Positions 35,892 through 46,532 are shown, counted from the stretch's first letter. The stretch is 64,000 bases of DNA from Candidatus Dormiibacterota bacterium (GCA_035637535.1 DASPWZ010000009.1:1082-65081), one strand, 5' to 3'. The notes: generated from the sequence alone by a model not told the origin. A program made the numbers and translations.

Positions 35892-36377
35892 ATGCACAAG
35901 TCAGAACTCAGCCGAGTCCGAAAAGCGTGGCCTTGGCTGATTGTTCTAGCTCTAGTTCTGGCCGGGATGGCCTATCTCATTCTCTCGCATATTGGATCAT
36001 ATGTTTCCTCATCTGCGGTGATCGAGCTTGACAAGGACCTGATTTCGACGAACGGGCTGATGATAGCTTTCACTGGCATAATATTCACAGGCATGCTAGC
36101 TGAGATACGGTTCAGAACTGAACGCGCGATTCAAGCATCAGATCAGCAGCGTGCCAACAGGCTGGAAAGAACGTCGAAAGCTCTCCGAAAGACTGCTTTA
36201 GCGAGCTTTCTGTTCTTCGCACTATCCCTGTCAGATGCAATTGGGAATCTGCCCGATCCGCTATCCTCCCCATCGTCAACCTTCTCCCTAGCAACCACCT
36301 TTGTGCTTCCTGTAGCGTTAATGGTAGGAGGTCTGACCCGTCTAATGACTGCGCTGATAATGATAGCTTCGGAGTGA
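35892..36377 (+). CDS. membrane protein, unknown function
   Basis: 161-aa ORF with 4 hydrophobic helices. Confidence 0.5.
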   Translation: MHKSELSRVRKAWPWLIVLALVLAGMAYLILSHIGSYVSSSAVIELDKDLISTNGLMIAFTGIIFTGMLAEIRFRTERAIQASDQQRANRLERTSKALRKTALASFLFFALSLSDAIGNLPDPLSSPSSTFSLATTFVLPVALMVGGLTRLMTALIMIASE

Positions 36378-36619
36378 AAACCAAAACTACATTCGAACGA
36401 TCGTCATCACAACCCTCCGTACTCAGTCGACCCGCGGAACCAGTCGAACGAAGACTTCCGGAAGGCAGGGTGCAAAGAGATCATGCTCGCCTTTGTGCCA
36501 AAGGGAGGACTCTGATCTTCAACAAGCCCTATCACAAATACGACTCTTCTCCAGAAAGGCGCTGAGTCACCTCGACCAATCATTGAACCGTTCTGACACA
36601 GACTAACGAGTGGCCTCGG

Positions 36620-37405
36620 TTATCCACTGCCACTGGTTGGAGGTATGCCACCGTACGGAGCCATGGGCTGCGGTGTGATGGGTGAGGGGATTTCTCGCCT
36701 GACGATGCGCTGTCTTGCCAAGTAGTACGCTCCTGCGTAGAGCAGAGCTGGTATGATTCCTAGGAAAGAGGTGAGAAAAATGGCGGGAAACACGAATCCG
36801 GTTCCGCTGAAGAAAGGAAGGATGAACAGGAAGTTTGCGATACTGATTGCGATTGAAGCTGCATAGGCGGTCCATAATAGTATCCGGCCGTTGCTCAGCT
36901 GAAGCGCATAGGTCAGCAGGACCTCGGAGATGCCTGTGACTCCGCCACCGATAATGGTGATAACACCAAGCCATGCGAATGACGGCTGAACAAGAGTGCC
37001 AGGACCAGCTCGATAAGAAAACGCCGCGAAAAACAGGACGACGAATCCAACAATTGTAACGCCGATGCCTACGAAGAAGACTATGAGTGCCAGTATTGCG
37101 TTTCGGGCATGCTCGCGTCCAAAAGCCTCACGTCCAAGAATAACCAGCAGGGCACCGATGAGCGCTACGAGTCCACCTATCGCGCCGATGAATGGAATCC
37201 AGCTGATTGCCAGGCCGATGATCAGGAGTAGTAGACCGGTTCTTGTGTTGTCTATCTTGCCCGCTAGATGGTGTTCCCAATAGCCAGCTGCTGACCCGTA
37301 GTACGGGTATGGTGGCGGCTGAGGCCCACTGAAGGCTGGGGGCATTGTTGGAGGCGCAGCTACTAGTGGGGTGCCGCAGGTCAGACAGTATCTCGCCGTT
37401 GCCAC
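36620..37405 (-). CDS. zinc-ribbon plus multi-pass membrane protein
   Basis: 261-aa ORF. An N-terminal YCLTCGTPL zinc ribbon and a Pro-rich linker are followed by ~6 TM helices. Confidence 0.6.
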   Translation of the reverse strand: MATARYCLTCGTPLVAAPPTMPPAFSGPQPPPYPYYGSAAGYWEHHLAGKIDNTRTGLLLLIIGLAISWIPFIGAIGGLVALIGALLVILGREAFGREHARNAILALIVFFVGIGVTIVGFVVLFFAAFSYRAGPGTLVQPSFAWLGVITIIGGGVTGISEVLLTYALQLSNGRILLWTAYAASIAISIANFLFILPFFSGTGFVFPAIFLTSFLGIIPALLYAGAYYLARQRIVRREIPSPITPQPMAPYGGIPPTSGSG

Positions 37406-37666
37406 GTTGCTGGCTCCGCATCGCGGGCAAGCTATGGATGACGTTCAGAATCCTCTCGTATCATGACAAGGGAGAGGAGAGAATTAACCCTTGAGGGTTG
37501 GACAGTTGCGCTAGATAGAACACGATCTCACTATAACGGGGCCGCTCGCCTCTTTTCCAACGAAGCGCTGAGTATTCGGAACTAGGCGACCTGCCTCTCA
37601 GTTTAGCCTAACGGGAACTACGTCAAGCAACCTTTTTTGTCTTGAAGTCTCCCGTTCCTATTATCG

Positions 37667-37924
37667 ATGCGTAAGCCGGACCGGATTGGTGCAATCGTGT
37701 TAGCTTTCACACTGTTTGTGGCCTACTGGGGATGGGCAGGCCTCTTGTATTTTCAAGGGGTGATTTCCCTACCGCTCGGTGCACTTGGAAGTGAAGGTCT
37801 CCTACTCGTGTTGGTTGACGTGGTTATCGTGAATCTCTACGCTTTTCGTCAGAGAAGGCGTGCCCGGACAAGTCCAAGTCCCGGGTCAGTGAGACATAGG
37901 AAAGGTAATCAAAGCAACGGCTAG
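37667..37924 (+). CDS. small membrane protein
   Basis: 85-aa ORF with two hydrophobic helices and a basic tail. Confidence 0.4.
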   Translation: MRKPDRIGAIVLAFTLFVAYWGWAGLLYFQGVISLPLGALGSEGLLLVLVDVVIVNLYAFRQRRRARTSPSPGSVRHRKGNQSNG

Positions 37925-38024
37925 CGGTATCCATCTCCGACAAGGACTGATCACATATTGAAACTGGCCCGCACACGACCGCTCGGGGGCCGAGGGTCCA
38001 GACCGTTGAAGATGATCGTTCAGA

Positions 38025-38465
38025 TTATTTCGCGCGGGCCGCGGCAGCTTTGGCGGCGAGTGCAGCGAATTCTTGACGGCCGAATGCTGCGCCTGAGAGT
38101 CCCCAACCGCCCTCTGCTGCCTCAGTCAGTATTACCCAGGTGCGACTGGCTTGGTTCGGATCGCCTGAGATCCGTGAAACAATCTCGGTGATTTCCTTGA
38201 CGAGTTGCTTCTGACCATCACGGGTCAGAGCGGCTGGAGGAGTGATGACCTGAACTCGGACAGTACGGGCGGAGTCGGTGGCTGCGGTATGAACCGCGTG
38301 TGGATCCATCCGGTGGATGAAAGCCGCAGTATTGTTGAGATGAAACGGGCCAGGTGTCGACACACCCTCAGCACGTAGAACAGCCATAGTCAGCTCATGG
38401 CCAAGCCGGCCATCGGAACCTGGCGGGAATAGATCTGCTGGCGCGTAGACATCAATCATTGGCAT
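38025..38465 (-). CDS. tautomerase-superfamily protein
   Basis: 146-aa ORF. The MPMIDVY N-terminus (catalytic Pro1 after Met removal) and a second beta-alpha-beta half fit tautomerase family proteins. Confidence 0.65.
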   Translation of the reverse strand: MPMIDVYAPADLFPPGSDGRLGHELTMAVLRAEGVSTPGPFHLNNTAAFIHRMDPHAVHTAATDSARTVRVQVITPPAALTRDGQKQLVKEITEIVSRISGDPNQASRTWVILTEAAEGGWGLSGAAFGRQEFAALAAKAAAARAK

Positions 38466-38534
38466 TGTAAACGATCGGCGCTGGCAAAATGACAGCTAAA
38501 TAGCTTGTTGGCTCACGAGCCACCAGGAGACATT

Positions 38535-38927
38535 ATGCCAGTTAGCAGAAGAAAACGAACAATTTCTGATTACATGTCGACCCGGAAGAATGATTACGTG
38601 ACCTGCGCAGCGGTCGAGTCAGCGCGAAAGATCGGCAACCAGTGGCGGCTGATAGTGGTCAGATATCTCTTGGAACGGCCAATGAGGTTCAACGAGCTGC
38701 TCAGAGTTGCGTGCGAGATCGACCCAAAGACACTCTCTCGAGTCCTCAAATATCTTGCCTCGGAGAAGATCATCCGAAGAGAAGTTCTCGACACACAACC
38801 CTTCACTGTCCGATATGCGTTGACTGACAAGGGTGAGCAGATACGACCCATAATGCAATCATTGAAGGCGTGGGGGGAGAACTGGATTCTCGGCGACACT
38901 GCCTTGAAAATTACTCAAAAATCTTAG
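38535..38927 (+). CDS. HxlR family transcriptional regulator
   Basis: ATG at 38535 lies within an ORF open from 38505. CAAVESARKIGNQWRLIVVRYLLERPMRFNELLR...TLSRVLKYLASEKIIRR...YALTDKG is the HxlR signature. The gene is divergent from the tautomerase gene. Confidence 0.8.
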   Translation: MPVSRRKRTISDYMSTRKNDYVTCAAVESARKIGNQWRLIVVRYLLERPMRFNELLRVACEIDPKTLSRVLKYLASEKIIRREVLDTQPFTVRYALTDKGEQIRPIMQSLKAWGENWILGDTALKITQKS

Positions 38928-38977
38928 CCAGTCACGACCCAACGTAATGGTTGCGTGGTCCTAATTGGTATGCGATT

Positions 38978-40231
38978 TTACGTGGTTGCTGGCAGTGATT
39001 TCAGTTGACAGCCCCAGCCTTGGGGTGAGCTGTTACAGTCGAGTGTGCCGAGAGGGCTCGTCCTAGTGTCTGTCCAGTCTCCAGCGGGCCACCAGACCCA
39101 GTTGATTCTCGCGGGCGTATTTGCATCATACAGGTCTGTGAGTGTCTGGATGAAGCTGAGGGTTACGGTAGTGTAGCCTGCACTGCCGGATAGTTCCGTG
39201 TCAGGCGGGGGAGTAGCGCAAGGATTGCATAGTGGATCTGCTCCGCCCTCAGTGTTGAGGGCTGGCCAGCCGTACTTCGTTGAGGCTGACAGTACCGCCT
39301 GGTAGTAGCCGTTCGCTACGGCGGTGGCAGTCGTCGTGTTCCAGCTGTTCGAATAGTACGAGTAGCTCATGTAGCTGTGAATGCTGAGAAATATACGGCC
39401 CGCCGGATCGGTGACTATTGGATAGCCGTCGACCGCAGCTGGGCAGTCTCCGGTCCCGTCAGGACAGAGACCGCAACCATAGCTGCATATGCTCTGCACG
39501 ACTATCCAATGGGTATCGCCCGTTGACCGTGTCTGGTTAATCCACTGCTGATACGCACTGCCAAGATATGTTACGCACGAGCTGTCGCTTGAGCAGGGAG
39601 CGCTCGGACAGGACGACGGACTATTCGAACAGTCAGTCGTGGGCTCGTTCTCAGGCTCCCAGATGATCCGGGAATACATCGGTCCGATATTCTGTACTAT
39701 TGGCTTCCAGTAGCTGAGCCAGCAGCTGGTGTTCCGGAAAATATCCGAGTATCCGTGGTAGTCTATTATTATCCAGAAGCCGTAGTGCTGCGCTATCAGG
39801 ACGGCCTTCTGGGCGTTCGTCTGAGAATAGACACTCATGGAGTTGTAGTCTGCCATGTCGGTACAGTACGGGTCAAAGTCAACCCTAACGGTATTGAACC
39901 CTCGAGCCCGGAGAACCTGCACTACATATTCGAGATCGCTCGCCGTCTCACCGGGAAAGACGCTGCTGACAGGATTGCCCGAAGCCGTCCGAGACACCTC
40001 GTTTAGAGCTACGCCTCCCCATCCCACCAACGAAGGTCTCGGGCTCGGAACGGTTGGGTGATGGCCATCTAGCAGCGAATACAGAAAGGCAAACGACACG
40101 GCGAGGGCGATGATGAAAACGGTCACCATTATGATACGCCGCGACCGAAATCGCCTTATCCACCTTTTTTCGATGCTTCTATCGCTCTCCATCAAGACCT
40201 TCTTGACCTTCTGCCATCCAACAGGAAGCAC
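38978..40231 (-). CDS. membrane-anchored glycoside hydrolase family 5-like protein
   Basis: 417-aa ORF with a GTG start; an alternative ATG is at 40192. The order is a TM anchor, GFNTVRVDF, IIDYHGY and the acid/base motif IIWEPENEP. Confidence 0.6.
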   Translation of the reverse strand: MLPVGWQKVKKVLMESDRSIEKRWIRRFRSRRIIMVTVFIIALAVSFAFLYSLLDGHHPTVPSPRPSLVGWGGVALNEVSRTASGNPVSSVFPGETASDLEYVVQVLRARGFNTVRVDFDPYCTDMADYNSMSVYSQTNAQKAVLIAQHYGFWIIIDYHGYSDIFRNTSCWLSYWKPIVQNIGPMYSRIIWEPENEPTTDCSNSPSSCPSAPCSSDSSCVTYLGSAYQQWINQTRSTGDTHWIVVQSICSYGCGLCPDGTGDCPAAVDGYPIVTDPAGRIFLSIHSYMSYSYYSNSWNTTTATAVANGYYQAVLSASTKYGWPALNTEGGADPLCNPCATPPPDTELSGSAGYTTVTLSFIQTLTDLYDANTPARINWVWWPAGDWTDTRTSPLGTLDCNSSPQGWGCQLKSLPATT

Positions 40232-40473
40232 TAGCTCCAGTTTAACAAGCGATTGTCACTTTCGCCTAATCAGTCGGATTCAGTCCATCGGATCGCTTCC
40301 TCTTCAGCCTGAAACTACAACGAGTGTGACGTCTTCAAGAGAAGTTACGGCATAACTCCTGTTGCAGATACGACTTTTCTCCACAGGATCCTCGCAGATG
40401 TCAGGACTAGTCGGATAGCTTAAGTTAGCATGGGGTTGGATATCACCAGCATGCCTGGTGAATCCGAGCAGAC

Positions 40474-41337
40474 ATGACCGGCTCGGCTCCAACCCGCAAT
40501 CAGAGGCTGACAGAGAGTGTTCTCTGGGGACTGGTAATAGCGTATGCTATCGGAAGCCGCATAATCCCGGGCCTCATCACGCCCCTGCTGTTTCCCTTCG
40601 CGTTGATCCACGGGGGGAGGAGGTATGGATGGAAGACTATTGCTATCTTCATGGTCGTCACGGCAATCGTCAGCAACATCCTGGAAAACAGTAGCATCCT
40701 CATCGGCTTTCCGTTCGGCAACTACTACTACACCGACTCGCTGGGACCCAAGATAGCTCTCGTACCCTTCTTCATCTCTCTATCCTACATCTCGTTCGGC
40801 TATCTCGCCTGGGTCTTCTCAACCCTCCTCGTAAGCGAAGTCCGCAAGGGGTCTGCCCTCCTCATCTCGGTCGCGGTTCCAGCAGTCGCATCTTTCGTAA
40901 TGGTAGCATGGGATTTCTGCCTCGACCCGATAGCCTCCACTATCAATCACGCCTGGATATGGAAGGACGGAGGAGGATACTTTGGCGTACCATTCTCTAA
41001 CTATCTCGGCTGGTCATTCACTGTCTACATCTTCTTCCAGCTTTTCGCGCTGTACCAGCGGAAGCGTGGATCGGAAGACCTGAGTCGAGCGCTACCAGCA
41101 ACCCACTATCTCCAGGCGATCATACTCTACCTGTGGACGGGAGTTGGGTTTGTCCTCGGCTACTTGTTCATGTCCCCCAGCACTTACGTGATAGATGCAG
41201 CTGGACATTCTTGGACGACAAGGGACATCTTTGAGTCGATGGCGATCTCGGCAATATACACTATGATCTTCATCTCGATCCTAGCCCTTGCAATACTCTA
41301 CAGAGACCAGTTAGTGCAGAAAAGAGCTGTAGCCTGA
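40474..41337 (+). CDS. multi-pass membrane protein, possibly carotenoid-biosynthesis protein family (DUF422/CruF-like)
   Basis: 287-aa ORF with ~8 TM helices. The block IGFPFGNYYYTDSLGPKIALVP resembles DUF422 from memory. Confidence 0.45.
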   Translation: MTGSAPTRNQRLTESVLWGLVIAYAIGSRIIPGLITPLLFPFALIHGGRRYGWKTIAIFMVVTAIVSNILENSSILIGFPFGNYYYTDSLGPKIALVPFFISLSYISFGYLAWVFSTLLVSEVRKGSALLISVAVPAVASFVMVAWDFCLDPIASTINHAWIWKDGGGYFGVPFSNYLGWSFTVYIFFQLFALYQRKRGSEDLSRALPATHYLQAIILYLWTGVGFVLGYLFMSPSTYVIDAAGHSWTTRDIFESMAISAIYTMIFISILALAILYRDQLVQKRAVA

Positions 41338-41517
41338 GAAGCGATAAGCAATTCTCAGGCATATCATGGAACGAGCGTCAGACGCTCGTCAACGAAAGAG
41401 GAATCGTTCGGGTCATAAACAGAAGTCCCTTCAGCGACACTTTCAACGGCCCGAGCGTCATATCTAGCCGTATAGGCGACAAAAAAAAGAGAAGTTGGAT
41501 GTTTGACGATCGCTTGA

Positions 41518-41946
41518 TTACTTTTTGGCGTAGACTTTTGCGGTGAACGTCTGGTCGGCCTGGCTGGCGGTTCCCTCGATCCAGCCCTTGGTATTGTTGA
41601 GCCAGGATAGGCTCGGCGATTGCGTCATGTACTTCTGCTCTCCTTCGAACCAGATGGTTCCGTCAGCGTTGTTGCGTCCCTTGCCATGGCTTGTTGCGAC
41701 GACCATGTCCTTGCCGGCCATCTGGATGCTTTTGCCTTCCCATTCGCTCGTACCGTCGGTCTTCATGTGAATACTGACCGTCTCCATGAAGTTGGCCTGG
41801 TACTTGCCTGTGATCTGGCCTACGTCGTTGTTCTCGATCTTGATGCCGTTAGCGCCGATGTCTTTGATGCTGAAGCTGTCGGTCTTACCGCGCAGCTCGG
41901 CGATTACCTCGCCTTTGGTTTGCTGTTGAGATTGCATACTACTCAT
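41518..41946 (-). CDS. hypothetical protein
   Basis: 142-aa soluble ORF with no motif recognised. Confidence 0.5.
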   Translation of the reverse strand: MSSMQSQQQTKGEVIAELRGKTDSFSIKDIGANGIKIENNDVGQITGKYQANFMETVSIHMKTDGTSEWEGKSIQMAGKDMVVATSHGKGRNNADGTIWFEGEQKYMTQSPSLSWLNNTKGWIEGTASQADQTFTAKVYAKK

Positions 41947-42174
41947 CTTCGACTGCGGGAGAGGCCTCTATTTGAACGGTTGTATCCACGGAACAGAATC
42001 CGTCTCCAATCGCAGGATAGCCGAGGCATTAGTCAACGATTGTCCCCAGATGACATTGTGTTTGATTCGAAGATAGCGGTAGACCAGCGAGACAGGCATT
42101 AGCTGCTATTCAAAGAGAGAATCTTTTAGCACGATTCTCGACGAGAGAAGAAAATTAGCCGGGCAAACCAGACG

Positions 42175-42300
42175 ATGGCCGCTGAGACCAAGCCGACAAC
42201 GGTTCTAGGTTTCCGGAAGATCTGGTACTTGGGCATTGTAAGCATCTTCATCGATATCTGGTCTGAGATGATTCTCAGAGGCAGGACCCCGCTAGGATAG
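42175..42300 (+). pseudogene. possible N-terminal remnant of an MFS-type transporter
   Basis: The 41-codon ORF MAAETKPTTVLGFRKIWYLGIVSIFIDIWSEMILRG resembles MFS N-termini (SLFxDxSSEMI pattern), then terminates. Confidence 0.2.
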
Positions 42301-42397
42301 GGTCCGCTGGAATTGTCTGGATGATTTCTTTGGGCTTATGCTGGTGCGGCGAGTTCTATTTTCTTGGCCTGGGTTTTGGCTCAGATCCTTCACTTCC

Positions 42398-43084
42398 TCA
42401 GGCCGTGTTGGAGCCATGGATTTCTCTTTGCAAAACATCGTAGGCGAGGGGTCCGTCCTTGTCGTCGACGACCATTATGATGTCGCCGTAGCCAAGAAAC
42501 GCGTCAAGAATATTGACCCCGTTTCTGAACAGTAGCTCAGTGATGAAGGATGCTATTCCTGGGGTCATCTCGGCGCGGGGCGATAGGTTGAGAATCAGCT
42601 TAGACACGTTCGCCTGTGTCGCCGCCTCTCTAAGATGGTCCCATTTCCCTCGGACAATGGTGTAATCCTCCTCTGGCAGGATCAGTTTGATCGAGTTTGA
42701 GAGGGGGAAGATGTGAGGGAACTCTGAAAGCTGGGCTGCAATGTCTGATAGTTCTTTGACTATAGCTGAAAACTGAATTCTTGGGGCTCTGATCGTCACG
42801 TCTACTATGCCGCTTGAAAGGGAGATCCTCGCGTCCTTGAGGACTATTGACGCGTCCGGGCTTTTGCTATTGGATAGTGTGTCGGAGAATCTCTTGATGG
42901 CTACTACCAGGGTGTTGATGCTGGCCTCTTTACCACTCAATTGTTGAACTTGAGGCTGGATGAATTCTGCGAGGGAGTGGAAGTTCATGAGTTTCATCTT
43001 CAAGCATTGGTAGACGGGATAGTTTCTGGTCAGGATCTCTCGTACGGCTTCTGGGACGCTGGCGCTGTTTCGGTGGATTGTCAA
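42398..43084 (-). CDS. ACT-domain regulatory protein (COG2150-like)
   Basis: 228-aa ORF. The C-terminal PGIASFITELLFRNGVNILDAFLGYGDIIMVVDDKD is an ACT-like ligand-binding pattern. Confidence 0.5.
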   Translation of the reverse strand: MTIHRNSASVPEAVREILTRNYPVYQCLKMKLMNFHSLAEFIQPQVQQLSGKEASINTLVVAIKRFSDTLSNSKSPDASIVLKDARISLSSGIVDVTIRAPRIQFSAIVKELSDIAAQLSEFPHIFPLSNSIKLILPEEDYTIVRGKWDHLREAATQANVSKLILNLSPRAEMTPGIASFITELLFRNGVNILDAFLGYGDIIMVVDDKDGPLAYDVLQREIHGSNTA

Positions 43085-43197
43085 GTCCTTTCTCGCCCTA
43101 CTCTCATGTAATAGATAGTGGGTTCTGGAATAAAAGCCTTAAATGCAAGTAACAAGTGTTACTATACTGCAATAAAATGCAGTAGAAAAAAACAACA

Positions 43198-43716
43198 ATG
43201 CAAACCAATATGAATTTCCCGACCTACGTATTCGCGACCGTTAATTCGGGCCGCGCTACGAAAGTGGTCGAGGAGCTAAAGCGCAACAGCCAGATCGACA
43301 TCATCGCACCGGTCACAGGCAGATACGACCTAGTTCTACGCCTGAAACCGAACACTCCACAAAACATCTACCAGACAGTCAAAGAAATCCGCGAGATCAG
43401 CGACGTACGCACAACCGACACTCACACCGGCTTCGACGGTATGCAGCCGACCAAGAAGCTCGAGAGCCAGATGGCCCTCGGCGTCTCCGTATTGACATGT
43501 GAGCACAACACCAGCGAGAACGTCATCAAGCAGCTCAGCAACATCCCAGGCTTCATCGAAGCAACCACAGTACCCGGACAGTTCGACATCGTAGCACTCT
43601 GGCAAGCAAAGACCTCTGAAGAAATCGTGAAGAATTCCGTAGAGAGAGTTACAACTCTCCCAGGCGTCTTCAAGAGCGAGACACTTCTCGCTTATGCACC
43701 ATTCTTCAAAGCGTAA
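43198..43716 (+). CDS. tandem Lrp/AsnC-type ligand-binding (RAM) domain protein
   Basis: 172-aa ORF with two repeats of the pattern VxAxV..g...vv.eL......i....vtGryDlvl. Confidence 0.55.
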   Translation: MQTNMNFPTYVFATVNSGRATKVVEELKRNSQIDIIAPVTGRYDLVLRLKPNTPQNIYQTVKEIREISDVRTTDTHTGFDGMQPTKKLESQMALGVSVLTCEHNTSENVIKQLSNIPGFIEATTVPGQFDIVALWQAKTSEEIVKNSVERVTTLPGVFKSETLLAYAPFFKA

Positions 43717-44011
43717 TTATCCAATATAGCTCCGTCGACCTTCCCCCCTTTTTTGTGGGTCCGAAAGGATTCTGGATAGACCGATTCTAGTCTATAGTTG
43801 ACGATTACTCGGAAAGCGAATTCGGTTTCACCAATCGGCTGAACCAAGGCAAAGCGCGGTTCCCCAAGGACTTTTTTCGGAACACTTGGGCGGACCCGCG
43901 ATGTGGTTTGTAATGAGGTCAGATATTGCATGTCCCTACACGGAATGTCCTCTTCCAGCGGGGTTGTAAATTTTTTTTGGTTTTGCGTAATCAGCTAGGG
44001 AAAACGCGCGA

Positions 44012-44581
44012 TTAGACCACGATGTCCTTGAGTCGCTTTCGCACTACCAGATACCAGTCGGCGTCCTGGTGTGTGCTGAAGCCGTTCTTGAGGTACATTG
44101 ACAATGGGCCGGGAAAGTTGTAGGCAGCTGACTCTGGCTTCTTGACCGGATACGCTTCAGCATACTCCAGTCCTTTCTGGGAGAACTTGTTGCATGCAGC
44201 GTTCAATAGCTGAGACGCGACTCCCTGGTTGCGATGCGTGGAGGCTATTACGAAGCAGACGATTGAACCGACCCGCTCATACTTGTCTGGCCCGGGACCC
44301 ATGAGCCACTGGACTCCAGGGTAGCTGCTGCGAGGAGCCGCATTACACCAGCCGACGGGCTTTCCACCGTCGTAGGCGAGGAATCCGTGCATTCTATCCT
44401 CCTCGATGAGGCTTGAGGCCTCGCGACGACTCTCGGCTTTTCCCTTGTTGTTTGCGAAATGATAGGCCGAGCAGTAGCAGTCAGACCAGTCAGGATTGTC
44501 CGCGAATGCAACATTGTCGAAGAAGTGTAGGAAGTCGTCTCTCAGAGACGGCGTCAGTTCTTTGACGACCAGTTCTCCCAT
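44012..44581 (-). CDS. GNAT family N-acetyltransferase
   Basis: 189-aa ORF with the acetyl-CoA motif HRNQGVASQLLNAACNKF. Confidence 0.75.
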   Translation of the reverse strand: MGELVVKELTPSLRDDFLHFFDNVAFADNPDWSDCYCSAYHFANNKGKAESRREASSLIEEDRMHGFLAYDGGKPVGWCNAAPRSSYPGVQWLMGPGPDKYERVGSIVCFVIASTHRNQGVASQLLNAACNKFSQKGLEYAEAYPVKKPESAAYNFPGPLSMYLKNGFSTHQDADWYLVVRKRLKDIVV

Positions 44582-44681
44582 GGGACGACTATGATAATGT
44601 GATCTTCGATATCTGCCTTCTGCCAGCGAAAGTTTTCGTTTCGAATGTGCTAATTCCTTACTGTTCAGTAATTGAGTTGGC

Positions 44682-45155
44682 TCATGCTGGTGATACTTTC
44701 GTTGGAGGCCGCTTATTCAGAGAATCCATGTATTCGGGGAGCGAGATTACTCTGCCCGATTTTCCGGTGTAGGTCGATAGCCAGTTTGTAAGGCAATTCT
44801 TCTTGTCGAAAATATGGCTCGAGTCACATTTGATGCTCATGCGTCCCGGCCCCACCTGGATCTCGACGACGTGAAGCGTTGGGTCCTTGGGGGCAAGATC
44901 CTCGATTCGTCGATTATCAATGTGGAAACGAGTTACCGTCCCGCACAAGGGGCATCGAGCTTCGGCCCTGAGGTCCGTCTTCAATCCGTTGATGAGTATG
45001 TCCGCTCCACATTTGACGTAGACATCTCCTCTTTCGGGCAGAATCATTCGGTATAATGTTGGCGTGTCGGAGAACCCGACTAGTCTTACGGAACCATAAA
45101 ACGACGTATCTTTCAGACCTCGGCCTCTACTCCGCGCAGCAACTAAGCTCGTCAA
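44682..45155 (-). CDS. short MerB-like (alkylmercury lyase fold) protein
   Basis: 157-aa ORF overlapping the merA stop by 29 nt. VYVKCGADIL aligns with MerB YAWCALDTL (Cys96/Asp99). RCPLCG aligns with the SHCAATG region. IKCDSSHIF aligns with FCCHVHFF (Cys159), with nearly identical spacing (61 versus 63 residues). The MerB N-terminal domain is missing. Confidence 0.5.
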   Translation of the reverse strand: MTSLVAARSRGRGLKDTSFYGSVRLVGFSDTPTLYRMILPERGDVYVKCGADILINGLKTDLRAEARCPLCGTVTRFHIDNRRIEDLAPKDPTLHVVEIQVGPGRMSIKCDSSHIFDKKNCLTNWLSTYTGKSGRVISLPEYMDSLNKRPPTKVSPA

Positions 45156-46521
45156 TGTCCTTCCGGAAAGACGTCGCGGCCAGCTTGATCGATTCAGTCA
45201 TCGTCGGAAAAACATGCACGGTGTCGACGATGTCGTCGATCGTCAGCCTATACTTAACCGCCAGAACTGCCTCGTGGATAATATCAGCAGCGCCGTCTGC
45301 GAGGATGTGAACTCCCAATATCCTTCCAGTCGAAGCCTCAGCAACCATTTTGATCAATCCTCTAGTCTCTCTGATGACGATGGCCTTTGGCACCTTTGAC
45401 ATTGGTATCGTTCTGCAGGCGCAATTGTAGCCCCGTTCATGAGCCCCTTTCTCAGTGAGACCAACTGAGGCTACTTGTGGCGACGTGAATATCGCTCTGG
45501 GAACGGGGAGGAAATCTATCTTCTTATGCGTCCCCGACAAGGCGTTCTCGGCGGCCGTAGCTCCCTCTTTTGCCGCAATCGTTTCTAGCATCGGTTCGCC
45601 TATGACGTCTCCGGCAGCCCACACGTGAGGGGCGGTCGTATGCATTTCTCGGTCAACTTTTACAGCGCCATCCTTTCTGACGCTTGCTCGCACAGTCTCC
45701 AAGCCTAGTTGGTCCGTGTTGGGGGCTCTCCCGGTCGCCAAGAGAAGTTCTTCTCCTCTGGCTTCGAACTCTCTCCCGTTGATTGTGCCGGCTACGATCT
45801 TCTCGCCTTGGTTTTGGTAGATGCGTTTGATCCGTACTCCCGTCTTGATCTTGATTCCCTCCTCCTCTAGGTACTGGCGTAGTGCGTCAGAGATTGCAGG
45901 CTCTTCTTCAGGAATTATCCTATCGCTCCTCTGTAGAAGAGTCACTCTGGTCCCCATGTGCGAGTACATCTGGGCGAACTCGAGCCCCAGGGCTCGGCCA
46001 CCGAGCACAACCATCGGGGCGGGTCTGTTCCTCAGGCTGAGAGCCTCCACGTTCGTCAAGTAGTCCACCTTCTCAATGCCAGGAATGCTGGGTATCCGGG
46101 GTGAGGATCCCGTCGCGATCACGAACTTTTTACCGTCAACATTGATGCCGTCCACTTTTACTCGCGTCCGCGAAACGAATCTCGCGTTTCCGCGAAAGAG
46201 TTTGGTTGAGGGTAGTGACTTTAGAACGTCGGCGTACTTCTCTTTCCTGAGTCCCCTAACGATCTGGTTCTTCTGTTCTATGATTCTATTGAATTCGAGT
46301 GTTGTGGCTCCGGGCTTTATCCCGGGGAATTCGCGATGACTGTCATAGTATCGAAGCTCCCCTGCTCGGAGGAGGTTCTTGCTTGGGACGCAACCAACAT
46401 TTACGCATGTTCCACCTATGGTGCTTCTCTCTATCATGGCCGTTTTTGCTCCATGGTCGGCGGCTTTGATTGCAGCGGCAAACGCTGCTGAGCCCGACCC
46501 TAGAATTACTAAGTCAAACAT
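45127..46521 (-). CDS. merA: mercuric reductase MerA (core enzyme, no NmerA domain)
   Basis: 464-aa ORF. FAD motif ILGSGSAAFAAA, redox-active GGTCVNVGCVPSK, NADPH motif and the C-terminal vicinal Cys pair (ELSCCAE). Confidence 0.9.
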   Translation of the reverse strand: MFDLVILGSGSAAFAAAIKAADHGAKTAMIERSTIGGTCVNVGCVPSKNLLRAGELRYYDSHREFPGIKPGATTLEFNRIIEQKNQIVRGLRKEKYADVLKSLPSTKLFRGNARFVSRTRVKVDGINVDGKKFVIATGSSPRIPSIPGIEKVDYLTNVEALSLRNRPAPMVVLGGRALGLEFAQMYSHMGTRVTLLQRSDRIIPEEEPAISDALRQYLEEEGIKIKTGVRIKRIYQNQGEKIVAGTINGREFEARGEELLLATGRAPNTDQLGLETVRASVRKDGAVKVDREMHTTAPHVWAAGDVIGEPMLETIAAKEGATAAENALSGTHKKIDFLPVPRAIFTSPQVASVGLTEKGAHERGYNCACRTIPMSKVPKAIVIRETRGLIKMVAEASTGRILGVHILADGAADIIHEAVLAVKYRLTIDDIVDTVHVFPTMTESIKLAATSFRKDIDELSCCAE

Positions 46522-46532
46522 AAGATTCGACT

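Noticed and set aside
43730-43990. Intergenic stretch with a T-rich hairpin-like string (cttccccccttttttgtggg) and gtaaattttttttgg, considered as another member of the A/B repeat family
   Set aside because: Apart from the T-runs, none of the family landmark motifs (gcgtcgcgag, ggcgcagaat, atccgcatg, the CCC.GAT..GATC.GGG hairpin) are present.
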